Positions 12,729-26,429 of a stretch of 64,000 nt of DNA are shown here, one piece after another. The stretch spans positions 16,864,001-16,928,000 of the forward strand of contig CP075492.1 of the NCBI GenBank assembly GCA_021613535.1. The letters run 5' to 3'. Both the position numbers and the translations under genes were made by a program. The stretch is from Adineta vaga. Lineage: Eukaryota; Animalia; Rotifera. Position 1 is the first letter of the stretch, and every line of letters starts with the position of its first letter. The notes under the pieces are model-generated. The model made no database searches and was not told the origin of the DNA. It saw only the letters and a list, made by a program, of their open reading frames with translations.

Positions 12729-14599
12729 ATGTCATCAAAACAATATTTTATTTGTCCAATTACATTAGAATTATTCGATGATCCAGTTATTACTCAAGAT
12801 GGATATACATATGAAAGAACAGCAATTATTCAATGGATTAATCAATATGGAACAGACCCAATTACGAAAAAACCTCTTCGTATAAATCAATTAAAATCAA
12901 ATGATGCTGTTAAAAATTTTACACAAGATACTCAAGCAACTACGAATTGTTAGTTCAATTTTAATATAATATAATTTTACTGTTTTTGTAGATGAAAATT
13001 TAGATGTACTTTGTCTTTATTGTGGTTCAACACAAAAACTGAATACAATTAAAGATCATAAAGTACATATTGAAAAATATTTTTAGACTTATAATATTAT
13101 TATTTTAGTTACGATGTTCATCGAAACCTGCTAACAGTGAATCATTCGAAATAGCGGATAATGAAAAGATTTTTACAATATCACAAACATCTTCTAAAAA
13201 TAGATCATCTCGTCATAAAAAAATAGTTAGTTTTCACAATCCTTTTACATATCGAATGAACGATACAACGAATAATAATAGTAGTAATGATTCTTTACAA
13301 GACACAGAAAATAGGACAAATCCGGTGTTAGTCAGAGATCGTTGTTGTTCAATATCAAAAGTTCAATTAAAATATTTGATACCTATTCTTTTATTTATCG
13401 CATTAATTATTGCTTCAATAACATTAGCTGTTTATTATTCAACGAAAAAAACAGAACAATTTTCAACAGGTCAGTTCTCTTTTAAGGTTTAACATGAAAA
13501 AAAAATAAAACTAAATTTTTTCTCTATTTTCTAAGGAGCAATGATAACACCTCATTTGTCTTCACCTCCGAGTGCAACATGGACTGCATCTTCAACATCA
13601 GTTTACATAGAAACTACAAGTTCAACATCCACTTTCGTTGAGACGACAAGTTCAACATCCACTTTCATTGAGACGACAAGTTCAACATCTAATACTCTTT
13701 GTACGTCTGCTGAATGGGATAGATATGGTATAACAATTGTTTCGAACGTTGATTATCCATATGGTATTGCTATTGATAGTGAAGATAATTTAATTATTGC
13801 TAGTGATGAGAAATTGAGTTTACAAAAATATTTGACTAATGGAACAATGATAAAATTAGTAACAGACTCTAGAATACCAAGTGTATTTATTGATAAATTT
13901 GATAATATTTATTTTACAGTTGCACTCGCTAATAGAGTTGATAAATTAAATTCATATGATGGATCTATAATAACAGCTGCTGGAGGAAATGGTCTAGGTC
14001 ATGGATTAGATCAACTTTATCTTACGGGTGATCCAGGAATTTATGTTGATCAAAATTCTACTCTTTATATATCAGATACTGGAAATAGTCGAGTAATGAA
14101 ATATTATGAGAATGCGACATCTGGAATAGTTGTTGCTGGTGGACATGGACAAGGTTCTAGTTCAAATCAATTGAATACTCCTTATGGAATTTATGTTGAT
14201 GAAATCATTGAAATTGGTGCTATTTATATTTGTGATCAATTCAATCGTCGTATTCAAAAATGGCTTCCAGGCGCCAAGGAAGGAATAACTGTTGCAATAA
14301 ATAACGATCAATTACGTTCGCCTAATGCAATTTTATTAGCACCAATATCAAATGAAATGATGACGATGATGATGTTTATATCAGTTTTTGATTATGAGAA
14401 AGTTTTAAAATGGATTCCTTATGCAAAACAAGCTGAAAGTGTTGTTGCTGGAAGTGATCATGGAGTTGAATTGGAGCCAGATACACTTTTTGGACAAAGA
14501 GGAATGACATTTGATAAGAATTGGAATTTATATGTTGCAGATACTGGACATAATAGAATACAAAAATTTTTATTTAATGTTTCTTCGTCTATAATTTAA
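12729..14599 (+). CDS. U-box + C2HC zinc finger + TM + Ser/Thr stalk + NHL-repeat protein (4 exons, ~571 aa)
   Basis: Exons 12729-12948, 12992-13062, 13109-13469 and 13536-14599 are joined by GT-AG introns with matching phases. Motifs: U-box FICPITLELFDDPV...YERTAI.QW; CLYC...H...C; TM YLIPILLFIALIIASITLAVYY; NHL repeats (PYGIAID, LYISDTGNSRV, LYVADTGHNRIQKF). Confidence 0.85.
13604..13690 (+). repeat. 30-nt coding tandem repeat (~3 copies) encoding TSTF[V/I]ETTSS
   Basis: ACAAGTTCAACATC recurs at 30-nt spacing. Confidence 0.8.
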
Positions 14600-14671
14600 T
14601 CATTATTTTACGTGGAAAAAGAAGTGTTTTTCTTTGAATAAAATCTTTTCGTTTGAACATAAAATTATAAA

Positions 14672-14714
14672 GGGTGTGGGTATGAGTTTGAGAATAAGGA
14701 GAACACCCACACCC
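14672..14714. repeat. Inverted telomere-like element
   Basis: gggtgtgggtatgag - spacer - acacccacaccc. Confidence 0.8.
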
Positions 14715-15339
14715 TGGTTTATCTCAACAAGATGAAAAAGAAAACTTCGAGAAACATCGTTTGTTCCTTTAAAACTATCATCCATAACATCAGTATTTTT
14801 ATCTTATTTACACATACATATTCATTTATATTACGCGATTGTCCAAACACGAGAGAATGTTACTTTTCTGATGGTTGTGCAATAGAAGGAGAAAATGTTG
14901 GACATTTAAAAGTCGTTAAAATATAAAGGAAATGTTCTTGTTCGATTCAAAACTAATACTCTGATGATACATTTGTTGGAAAAATCTTTTATTCACAATC
15001 AAAGTATATGTATAAGTAAAAGATCAATACAATATACTTTTGATTTGCTCATCGATCAATGAAGGTAAAGTTAAACAGGATCATCAAATTCTATGTATAG
15101 TTTTTGTCATAAATTTTTGATAAATACCGAAAAAAAAACATTAAATAATCTATTAAATAAAATATTATTCACGTAAATAGGTAACACGTACTCCTTAATA
15201 AAGACCAAAAATACCTTTTTCATCGATTAGTTCTAAAGCAATAGAGAAAATTTTGTATTTCACAATGAAATCTTTTTAGATGAACTGAATTAGATTCATT
15301 GAGGGTGGGTGTTTTTTTAGTCTTTTTTGCCAAAGGGAT

Positions 15340-15780
15340 TTCATCTAATCAACCGAATATTTTTTTTTCATTGATTGTGGAATTTAAATGGAAGAATAAT
15401 AGCACATGAAACATTAATCGGTTTATATCCTTCTGATTTCTTTATCAATTCAAAATAATACAGTTTTTATTTTCTAATTGACGAAAATCAAAATCTTCTT
15501 CTTTGTTCAATTTCAATACGAAATCAAATTATTTCAAAATCATGAAATAATTTTTTATGGAATCCTTTAATTATTATTGGTGAAATTGAATCAAAAAGTT
15601 CAACATTAACAACACTTTCAAATCCAAAAGGAATTTTTATTGATCATTATCAAATGAAGATTTATTTTTTGCTGATTGTGATAATAGTCGAATTCAATTA
15701 TTTAAATCTCAATCTTTTTTTGATCAAACTATTGTTGGAAATCATTCATCAAATTATACAATTTATCTTAATTGTCTTTT
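15340..15780 (+). pseudogene. Degenerate NHL-repeat gene remnant
   Basis: Broken frames read TLSNPKGIFIDH.., ADCDNSRIQLFKS and TIVGNHSSNYTIYLNC, with several frameshifts. Confidence 0.65.
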
Positions 15781-16440
15781 AGATAGGCCGTTTGAAGCTA
15801 ACCAAACACGCTAACCAAAGCAGCGTGATTGACTTCATATAGAAAAAAAACAATGTTTTTCATTGTGTAAAAACATCACATTCGTGTCGCAAACAAACCC
15901 ATAATACAGAACATTATCATTTCTCACCATCCAAAGCCACCCTTTCTAGCAAACGGCAAATATTCATATACTGACCGAACCGAACCGAAAAGGATAGTTC
16001 ATCAATTTCGTTACAGATAGCTATAGCTATGCAATCACTCTTTGAGTTCGCTTATCTTTTCTTAAATGAGTACTATCTGTTATATTTACATTTAAACTAA
16101 ATTTACATCAATCTACACCACGATAGGTTTTTTTATGAAGAATACAAAAACATAGGTAAATATCAGTTTTTTCATGTTTTACATCAACTTTCATCCAATG
16201 TTTTTTTAATAAGATTTTGAGTTTTAGACAATAATTTGCAAAGATACGGATTGATAAGAACGAGATAGTTTTGATGAAGAAGATGCAGACAACCCCTGTC
16301 CATATTAAAAGATCTCGGCGTCAGTAGGTTTCATATAGGCCAAAATTGCTCTGATGAAAATGTTCGAAAGACGTATCAGAAATATCGTCTTAATTAGTTA
16401 ACAAGTTCAAAAAAGTAGGGTTTCAATTACTATATTCTTC

Positions 16441-16513
16441 GTAGGGTGTAGGTGGGTGTGGGTATGGGTGTGGGCATTCGCATAATCGTCCACGACATTC
16501 ACATACACACCCT
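16441..16513. repeat. Inverted telomere-like element
   Basis: gtagggtgtaggtgggtgtgggtatgggtgtggg - spacer - cacatacacacccta. Confidence 0.8.
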
Positions 16514-16987
16514 AACAGCGTTTTTACTTGCAGATTAAACTTTTGTAATAATTGCGAATGGTAGGGTTAAGTAAGATGGCACCACACTTTTTTATCAAAA
16601 TACACGAGTGAGTTTAAAGGTTCCACCAAAAGAATAATTTGCCACTTTGCCCTTAAATTCATTCTTTTGTTTCTAACAAACGCAACAGGTAAAGCGGGTT
16701 TTTTTCTTAATATTTATTTATTGTCTAATTGAAGTTTGATACAACCGAGATAAAAACATATTCACTTATCTTCTAACAAGTATAAAATAGCTGCAAGCTA
16801 AAGCACAGTATTTTCTTTTTCGCTTTGTCATCAAAAACAAGTAAGTAAAGATAATTCAACAATGTAACCGCTTTACTCTCACGAAAAAAACCGCTGCGAT
16901 TCGGTGGATTTCGAACGTTTTTTTTTCGGAAAGCGGGAGTCAGATCATATATGAAATAGCAAGTGCACCACATTCCATTTTACTTGA

Positions 16988-17030
16988 GAGTGTGAGTGTG
17001 GGTAAATAAAAGAAGAACCCGCACCCACAC
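16988..17030. repeat. Inverted telomere-like element
   Basis: gagtgtgagtgtgggt - aaataaaagaaga - acccgcacccacac. Confidence 0.8.
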
Positions 17031-17124
17031 TATCAAGATATTCAGCATATTTCGGGTGTACACTTCTTGCCTAAATCAAGCTTTTTTTCTAAATTTAGGT
17101 ATTGCATTGGATAAAGTCGAAGCT

Positions 17125-18412
17125 ATGTCAACCAATGAAAATGACAACGCGTCGTCCATTAATTCAGATTCTGTGAATTATCGTAAGCGAACGAATAGTG
17201 GTCGATATTACGGAAAGGAACGTACAGTGAATAGTTTGGATGCTTCGAAAACTACTAACAATGCAACTTCTTTTTATCGAACTTCAGTAGTAGGTGCAAG
17301 TTCGACTAATGATACAGTTTACACCACGAGCGCTGCAGAAACTGAAAGATATTTGGACGAACATGGTATCAGTCTTTGCAAAGGTCCAAATGTTATTCAG
17401 CGAACAGAATATGGCACATCAGCAGAATATGAACAACGCGTTTGTCTAAGATACCTTCAGCCACCAGCTCTACCAGCACCAGGAGTAATGCAATACTTTA
17501 TCTGATATGCATGCTGATCAGTTTGTTATGATTTTAGGCACTAACAATCGAAGAAATACGAAAACCAGCACCAGTGAGATCAACATTAACCATACGCGAA
17601 CAGCCAACACCTGTGGATGCTCCACCTCCAATTATTCTACGTGAACGACCACCAACACCACCGATAATTCCTGGACCAGAAAGAAGTTAGAATAAAAAAC
17701 ATTAAATAAAATGTTATTGATTGAATTCTTTTCTTTATGCAGAGACTGTGTATATTTCTTCGGACACTGTCCAAGAGCGGTCAGTCGTTATCGAACGGCA
17801 TCCAGCTGTTCAAGAAAGGCCACGTATGGCAACTTTTTTTATATCGTTTTCATTCTGACTGTTGCTTGATTATTATTTAGGGGATATTATCATCGAGAGA
17901 TGGCTGCCATATGGACCTTTGCCTGAACGTGAAGTCATTCGTAAAAGGATTGATGTTCAAGAAGAATCCAAAGCAACTTGTACTATAATCAACTACGAAA
18001 ATTCGCATTCACGTGTGAATCGCAGATTTGTAGTAGTTGATGTGTACAATGCAGATCCGAAGGATTATATGGCTCGCTACAGAGAATCAGTACTAGATTC
18101 GACAGACTTGGTTCAGCAGGTTCGTCGTCTGGGTGTTAACGAAGACATAGTTAAGTCTTTCCAAATTTTGTATCAAGAAATAACACTTTTCGTTCATTCT
18201 AGAGTTCACCGTCATCAATATCAACTGGTACGCGTGTAGACAGAAAACGTGTTGATTATCTACAATCAAGAAATAGTTTATGTGACTGTTTCACAGTGGA
18301 ATTTACTGATACTGGTTTAGAAATGGAATACAATACGAGACCGAGATATAATGATTACGATAACTTGGTCGAAACTTCCGGTCCCAACGAATATCAACGT
18401 CGAATCGATTGA
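17125..18412 (+). CDS. Proline-rich protein of the rotifer 'YLQPP / IIIERWLPY' family (5 exons), function unknown
   Basis: Spliced reading: YEQRVCLRYLQPPALPAPG | ALTIEEIRKPAP..PPPIILRERPPTPP | SVVIERHP | DIIIERWLPYGP.. | last exon ending at TGA 18410-18412. Confidence 0.75.
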
Positions 18413-18479
18413 AGAAATGTTACGAATGCTCATATGATCCGCGTGGCCAAGAACTCTACAAAATTGATTTTTAAGAATA

Positions 18480-19170
18480 TATCCTACACATATAACAAGT
18501 AGCCCTCATCCTTCTGATTCGCTGATCCTTTTCTGAAAGAATTATAGTTGATTAAAAATATTAAACTATTTTATTCTAAAAAATGACTTCATCTATTTCT
18601 TTTTAAAGATTATGCAGTGTAACGAATTTTGGAACGATGTTCTTTGTATCGTTACTGAGAAATAGAGAGGCACATCTGCTTTTTTCTCATTGTTGGCTTG
18701 ATATTTATTCGATTGTATACTACATCCAAATGTAACTATTTCACATGCAACATAAACTTATCTACCAGATACGAAGATAATAAAACTAATGTTTCATCCG
18801 AAGATGTCTCTTTCGTAACACCACACTAGTATGACGCTAATCAAATAGTCCTATCATCTAATAATGATCCTCTGACTTTCTGCCTGTCTACAATAAGAAC
18901 AAAAGGTTGTCAAAAGAAGAGTATCAGTTGGATATCGATATAACAATTGTCGTAACGTATTAACTCGATCATGATTCAATATTCGAAGACGACCCCGTCC
19001 ATCACTAGTTTCTTGAAATAACTGAAGAATATTATAAAAAGTTTGAATACTGCAAGGTATTCGACGAACTATTCCACGTACATTGATTCCTTGGTCAAAA
19101 TTTAATGAAATAAATGCTTGACTTAAAGATATGCAAAAATGTGACAGTTTAAGTATATAAACAATGTACC
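18480..19170 (-). mobile_element. Degenerate Tc1/mariner-like transposase relic
   Basis: The minus strand reads QAFISLNFDQGINVRGIVRRIPCSIQTFYNILQLFQETSDGRGRLRIL...LRQLLYRYP, i.e. an HTH plus a GRPR-like motif, followed by broken frames. No TIRs were confirmed. Confidence 0.55.
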
Positions 19171-19439
19171 TGTTATTTATCTACAAATAATATCTATTCG
19201 TGGTTGGGATAGTGTGGGGTGATAGAGAATTTCACGGACACTCAGAATATGTGTTTAGTTTTCGAATAATTTATCTTTGTATTGAAAATTAATTTGAAAA
19301 ACGAACAATATGTAAGTTACGCATGTCTGCTGTATCATTAGAGAGTAACGTTCTAATCTGATTAGCCGTAAGATTGTATTTCATTAGTGATAAGAAACAA
19401 TGTCTCAAATTGGACTTTTTATCCCTAGGTCGTCATAAT

Positions 19440-19900
19440 TGGTGTGATCGATGGAAAATAACCGCAAGAAAACTGATTACATTTTTGCGTGACGCTGTAG
19501 TTGATCTAAACATATTCCTTCTTCGGGATTTTGAAAGTAACGTTGATCGAATGGCAACTAAACGTCTTGGCCAATGGGCTACCCGTCTCATCCTATATAC
19601 CATCGATTTATTGAAATTGAACTATTATTTTACGAGGTAAGAAGAGAGCATTCTAGTCCAACTGAAATGAAACGTGAAGCCAAACCGATACTTTCGAAAG
19701 AATAGAAATATTCAATATCTCGAAAAAAAGCAACGCTAGACAGGATGACGGTTGAGTGCTCTATTATAAAGATCATAGAAAGCGTATTTACAGTGAACAG
19801 AAGACTAACTGGAAGTACTCATATCGTCACTGTTACCTTTCACAAATATAGAGACGATAGTGAGAGAGAAAGAGAATGAACGAATTTGTATTTTACTCTA
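19440..19900 (+). pseudogene. Fragment of a rotifer multi-TM protein family gene
   Basis: The protein-like stretch AVVDLNIFLLRDFESNVDRMATKRLGQWATRL is followed by loss of frame. Family recognition is from memory only. Confidence 0.3.
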
Positions 19901-20310
19901 GTTTTATCAGAAAACTCTCAAACGATAGTCGAGAACAGAGTTTTCTGTGTTCATCTTTTTTATTAATTATAGGTCTGTACGAGTCCATTCGCTTCAGATC
20001 AATGGCACATTAATGTCACGGTTGGTCTAGTTTCTAATCTCTCTGCTCATCTGCAATTTCCCAATAGATAATGTGAACTCTCGAACTGAGCGTGGGTGTA
20101 ATAACTGATATTACTAAGAAACTAATACCCAACATAGCTTCACCTTACATAAATTACATACTCTATATATCTGATTTGATTAATAAGAACTACTCTCTCA
20201 CCCTCATGCGAATTAATAGTTGACGATGGAAATTGAATGATAAGAACTATGATAAATGATTAAATAAAGTTGAAGAAAAAAGAACATATAAATCAGGCAG
20301 AATTGTTCAG

Positions 20311-22376
20311 TTAGTCAAAGACAATGTTACAAGTAACACCATTAGTACGTTGTTGATTCAAATATGCGAGATTGATACCTAACAAACAACAGTTTGAATT
20401 CTCACAAATATGTGCTTTGTACCACCATTGTGATTCAGGTAGAAGACCAGGATGATTATCTGTGACACGCATCAGTATTCCTGTACAAACAATTGGTGAG
20501 TCCGAATCATTGAAGTCAACGATACTTTCATTTTGATTATCAATCAACCATTCAATGCGACTATTGTCAATATTAGAATCAATTATTGTATTATCCGCTC
20601 TTAAAGTTTGTGCAGCTGTTACTTTTATCTTACTTGGATGAATACGACATTCTAATACATATTGAATATATTTCCCATGTTTTGAAAATTTGTTTTCATG
20701 CGATGAATCAAGTGGTTTGACTTCGGAATATCTTGGATGCGATGCATAATTAATCGAAGGACTAATATAAACTCCTGCACCATGTTCGGCTCTGTCTGCT
20801 GGTTTTAATCCACTTAAGAGAATCGATAAACCATATGCAAATTTTGTTCCATGATAACCAATGCACCAACCATTGAACTTCGCATCGAAATTGTCAGTTA
20901 CATAAAACGAAATTCTTTGCCATCCAACAGGACAATAATAAGGCCGACCACCACGATTTTTCCCATCCTTAATTTCACCTATCCAAAAATTTTGACCCGG
21001 ACCATATTTTCGATTGAATTCAGGATTTAATGTGATTTCCGCCCGATATTTTTGTTTTTTAGTTAATTCTTGTATCGGTCCCATATACATAAGAAATATT
21101 TTCATTCTACCAAGTTCTTTTTGTAATTCCTCGTTGTTAACCATAGTATTGTATATCATTTTTAATTTCAGTTTCTTATCAGGTGTTTCGAATTTATCGA
21201 AAATATCTACTTCCAATATAGCTGAACCTTCCTGAATTTTTTTCACTAATAAATCTTTCATTGTTAGTTTGAATTTAGCACATATTTGATGTATAAAACT
21301 TTTTAGATTGAATTGCTTGCAATTTTCATCGACACCAAATTTCAATGAGACGGATGGTAATTCAACGTGACGATTAAATATTTCTTCAGAAACTGATATT
21401 AATGGTTGTTTCGTCATACGATAATATTCTTTACAATCTTCATAATAAGCCTTTTCTTCATTGGATAATGTCTCCTTTGAGAAAAATTGTTCGGTCGACA
21501 ATGTCGGCTCAACAGGTGCTGCTAAAATAGAACAAAGAATGGCAAAATTTGTTAGAAGTATGATCTTTCAATGATAATACGTGGAGGAGGTGGTGGACGA
21601 TAAACTTGATTGAGATATATTTCACCATGTTGACCCAATCCATTGATGGATAATGGTCGTTGTCCTTTATCACTTTCTTTATAAACATCGTCTGAGATAC
21701 GTTGAAAAACATTCACAATATTGATATTTTCTTGTGCAATGTTTTTTAACAAATGTTTAGTAAATAAATTATCATGGCTAGTTTCATTTGCAGCACAAGC
21801 AAACTGAATGAATGCTCCATTAATTGGTGAAATCTCTCGTAGACCTTTGACTGTTGACGTTGCTACAAAAATATGAACACTACTTTGGCATAGCGTCATA
21901 GTAATGAGTTACTACTTACAATTAGCTGTGAGATTGTTTTTGATTAAGTATTCCTGACAACAGTCCAATATACATAGGGTTACATAGGATGAATTTTTTT
22001 CAATCAAACGATTGAATATTCGTCCGCAATCATTGGCAAAGTCTTCAACATCTTGATCTTTTGTAATGTAAGCATCACCAACAGGAATCAGATAGTTCTT
22101 CCCATTCGTTTGATAGATATGACCAGAAAAATAAAATAAAACTAAGTCATTATCTCGAATTTCTTGAGAAAAATCGATTATGTTTTTGGTCATATCATGT
22201 TTTTCTACATCATATATTAATGTAACATTGAAACCAATTGTGTTCAGGAGATCATTTAGCGCTTTAGCATTCGTTTGAGATTGATTCAATCGATTCTCTG
22301 CTCGACTGTAATTACCATTAGCAATGATCAATGCTAATTTTCTATGTTGAGATTTATCTTCAGCTGATGTAGCCAT
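20311..22376 (-). CDS. Caspase-like (C14) peptidase fused to a NEURL4/PARP-like ADP-ribosyltransferase domain (3 exons, ~649 aa)
   Basis: Exons 22376-21920, 21862-21581 and 21521-20311, with phase-1 GT-AG introns. C14 motifs: RKLALIIANGNY, FYFSGH, ILDCC, FIQFAC, LFTKHLL, Q.P. ART motifs: YYCPVGW, GYHGT, HGAGVYISPSINYA, IEW. Confidence 0.88.
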
Positions 22377-22978
22377 GTTTTGTATTTATCTGCAACAAGA
22401 AATAGAATTGTCCTTCCTATAATAACTAGTATAAGAGCTTACAATCTTCTCGAAGAACTTGGAAATTTCATAGAATTGAAATGCAGAACAGCATGAACAA
22501 TCGATAGTGAAAGATTTTCTTTCTCTTCAACACTTGTATGTTGGAAAAAACACGTTATGATTTAAATCTACAATAACAACGAACGAGTCTCTATAAATAC
22601 TAGTAGAACGATTATTTCGACGAAATCGAAAGAAAAAATTTGATTGCGTTTACTCGACAAAATAAACAATAAACTCTATTTACATTTGTTCACATTCATG
22701 TGCGTCACATGTCTTTAGTTTCTTTCCAAGAAAAAAAAACCTTTGACGATGAAAATTTCTTTCTTTTATCCACACCCACACGGAACTATTATACTGAAAT
22801 TACTAAATGACGTCCTATATACTTCGTTTGGGTGTCATTGCTTGTTCCGGCATTCCGCGATTTGCAGAATATTGGGACAATACCAATATGATGATTACTG
22901 ATTTAATCCAACGGTTACAAAATGCTAACAACTTTGAAGAAATAAAGCAAGCGTGAAATCTTGCCATTGGGATGATTC

Positions 22979-23419
22979 ATGAACATCCGTATAAGCATTC
23001 GATCTATCTCTCATTCAAACTCGTGGGAGATATTGTTATACCTACCTCAATATTTTTATAATATATCCAAAGATTATATATCGAAAAATTATGATATTAT
23101 CAAAGACAATATTTCCAAATTGCTTAAATCAACGAAGGACCTTGAGAAACCGCTTGATATAAACAATGGCTCGACTCCAGATGATGGTAATATTATGAAT
23201 CTGATAAAAGCTTTATTAAGGTTACAGATGACATCAGCTGCGACATCAGTCTGGCCGTATATCCAACAGTTATTGAGAATGCTGTTGAAAGTATTTTGGT
23301 ATGTCACTAAACGAGTTATATCTGGTTTGCGCGGAACATGGTCATTTGTCAAGATAGAATTCATTAAATATTTGGTTCAAGTATGTGGAATGTATTCTGT
23401 TTTGGCTCAAGGAAATTAA
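22979..23419 (+). CDS. Hypothetical helical protein (possibly a pseudogene fragment)
   Basis: 146-aa ORF preceded by a short protein-like ORF from ~22808. No motif recognised. Confidence 0.3.
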   Translation: MNIRISIRSISHSNSWEILLYLPQYFYNISKDYISKNYDIIKDNISKLLKSTKDLEKPLDINNGSTPDDGNIMNLIKALLRLQMTSAATSVWPYIQQLLRMLLKVFWYVTKRVISGLRGTWSFVKIEFIKYLVQVCGMYSVLAQGN

Positions 23420-23893
23420 CGTCTTATATCATTTCTGGACCGGAAAAATAGAACTGTACCTTGAGCCAATAGTACAACTTGTCGAAACCAATGCACACAG
23501 CAGTTAAGCCGCTATGCTCTTAAAAACTTCGTATTTTTAGAAACTCTTAGAATTTTTGAACTTGTTACTACTGGTTGTTACAGACGCTACCTTCTATACT
23601 GACTTCTCACTTCTCCATCTTCTCTCGATATGCTGTTCTTCTTCTTCTATTTACCCTGTATTATTAATCTATATATAAATAATGTTTATCAAAGCCGATT
23701 CATTTGACCTTCGACTGAAAGATTAACATGGACGATCCGTATTACTACTCGTTACCTTTAATGTTAGCGACGTTTCCAAAAAGTATAATAATAAAAACCA
23801 CTAAAATTAACGAGGGGGAATAACTTTTATTCACCATCGACATAGCATAGAATTTATATTTACAAATGCACGTTACAATAGAAAACAATATGT

Positions 23894-25038
23894 TTACATA
23901 TTTTGTGTGTGTCTATTAGGATTTGTAATGTTGAAAATTTTTTCCCTTTTAAATTGATTTTTTGATTTTTGAGTATTTACTCCTCCAGATAATGTCATCA
24001 AAGGTAAACCTGGTGAATGTGGTGCTGGTCGTACTACGCGTTGGCCTTGATTTAATACTAAAAATTGTGGAATTAAATTTTCTCTGAAACTACGAAGTCC
24101 CAATAGTGAAGTAAATGGACATATCATGATAGCAATATAAATACTATATGTAAAAAGATTAACACTTAAATCAATTAAAATTTGCTCTACTACTGGAGCA
24201 AAAAGTGTTATTAAAAGACATATTATAATAGGAAGCCAAATTAAATTATGAATAATAACAACCGACATTAATTGTATAACTAGATGTCGATTTTTTTTCC
24301 ATTTTTGTTGTTGTTTCATACGATGTTTTTGATGAATAACACGACAGAAAAGTATTATATTCGCTAATATACAAATAGATAAAGGTAATGTAAGATTTAT
24401 TAGTAAATCGATTGAACCCGGAATTCGTTCAAAAAGATAGCAAGGTCCTTGACATGTTATTTTCGTATAATCATATTGATTTACACATGGATAAAAGAAA
24501 ATAAATCCAAAATAAAATAAAAATGGGTATATAATACAAATTATAATTGGTAAATAATGAAGTAATATTAAATGACGAGAAATAAAATTATTATGAAATA
24601 TAAGTAAATAACGTTCAATTGAACCATAACATATAAGCATAAGAATGACAACATTAAATACATAATCAATATAACACCATATTGTACAAAAAGTATCGGA
24701 TTGAATTAAAACATAATTTGTTCGAAAATTAACGAGAACAAGTGGTACTTCACTAATAACCTAAACAAATTGAATTATGATCTAAACATTTCTTTTTTTT
24801 GTAGAAAAATCAAATATTATACCTGTAAAAAACTACAGATTATTATAATCAATATAATATGATTATGAATTTTTGTTCTTAGAGAACGTCTGAGAATAAA
24901 TTGTAAAAAAATAAATAGAGAACAACAAATTGATAAAATAAATATAATTAAATAAATCCAAAATCCAATTGAATGATCGATGACTAATGTATTTTGATTA
25001 AATAACGTTTCATTTAATACAGTATTAGTATCTGTCAT
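23894..25038 (-). CDS. Rhodopsin-like (class A) GPCR, 2 exons
   Basis: Exons 25038-24823 and 24760-23894 encode seven hydrophobic helices, SIERY at the end of TM3, an extracellular C..PC, IWLP in TM6 and ICPF in TM7. Confidence 0.88.
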
Positions 25039-26429
25039 TTGTATTCTCGCTCGAATGTTATTATAGTAGTTTTTTCAAAAGCTATATTCTAACTAATTTT
25101 TAATTTATATTCAGTCTATGTCGTATATTTAAAAGTAATGAACAATTCTGCGCAAGATAGAATCTTAGATAGGGTGTCAGAATCAGTTTCAAAATAGAGT
25201 GTCAAATGCAGAAATGATATTAGATACCTCGACGATCGTATGAAATACTAAAATAGTCAAAACTCATGTTTCAGAAAAATAATGAACCTACAAATGTAAG
25301 AGTATCAGTTACGCACAGCTTCATTTGTCAAGAGGGCGTCCTGAAGTGCTCAAATGCTTTTGACATTAAATTTCCTCGACAAGTAAGCGATGTATAAACT
25401 CTAATTTGACTGAGATATTGACTTTCGCCTATAAATTTTCAGATTGTTTGAACTATACTGCGAAGCATCTATAGATTAAATACGATTCATATATTATAGA
25501 ACATTTTTTCAATGCCTGATAGATGAATTTTGATCTCACATGGTTCTTAATATCACTAAACGTCATCTCGTTAACTATAAATTCAACTATATAAACCTTG
25601 TATTTTAAGTAAACATTGTGTTATTTGTTGTGTTAAAACAACATCTTTCTGCTATTTTCAAAGGAAATAATTATCAGCATATTTGCAACAAAAATTAAAT
25701 TTCTTTTTCTTTAATTTAAATGAATACGTGTACTTCTAAATATAGAGTTAATTTAATAATGCATGTTAAAAACTCGTCAATTGACATAGTAATATGCAAT
25801 ACCGTTAACATATCTTTTCTAGTCAAATTGTCAATGTGACATGGGAACTCAAATTTTTTACTCCACAAAATTCGTCAATTAATTGATGTAGATTCAACTT
25901 TTCAAATTATAACTGTTCTAATTTAAATTGTACTATATTATAATAAAAGTTGAAAAACTAATTTTAATACTATGGTTTGTGGGCATTTAACAATCACATA
26001 TTTCTACACTGTAAAAAAAGTGAAGAATAACCAACGACAAAATCGTTTATGAAGGTCTCATAAACGTATAAAGAACTCCGTTTTTATTGTATTTGTCGAA
26101 GATATAAACCCTTTTTTGATTTACGAAGCACTTAAATCGCGCCTAAACGGGATATCTACTTATATATTTTTCTGTAGGTGGTATATATAGATAAACTCTT
26201 CATATAGAAATCCAATAAATGTGTATCGTTTTTGTTTATTTCATTATTGACAAAGAAGACGAGAGATAGATAGCGCTAGTATTCAATCGATACCGATGAA
26301 ACAGAGGTTAAAGAATTAATTTCGTGTGGTGAATCGATTGCATCAGCATAGTATGAATTTCGAAGAAATACGTCATAGTTTTTCTTTGTATTTAAAGGTA
26401 AATTTTCTCGTTTGATTTTGAATTAAGAA

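Noticed and set aside
15781-16980. Possible non-autonomous transposon pieces after the NHL relic
   Set aside because: Composition is suggestive, but there are no paired termini or coding remnants I can support.
26005-26180. CACTGTAAAAAA, a possible DNA-transposon end
   Set aside because: No convincing matching inverted end or TSD was found.
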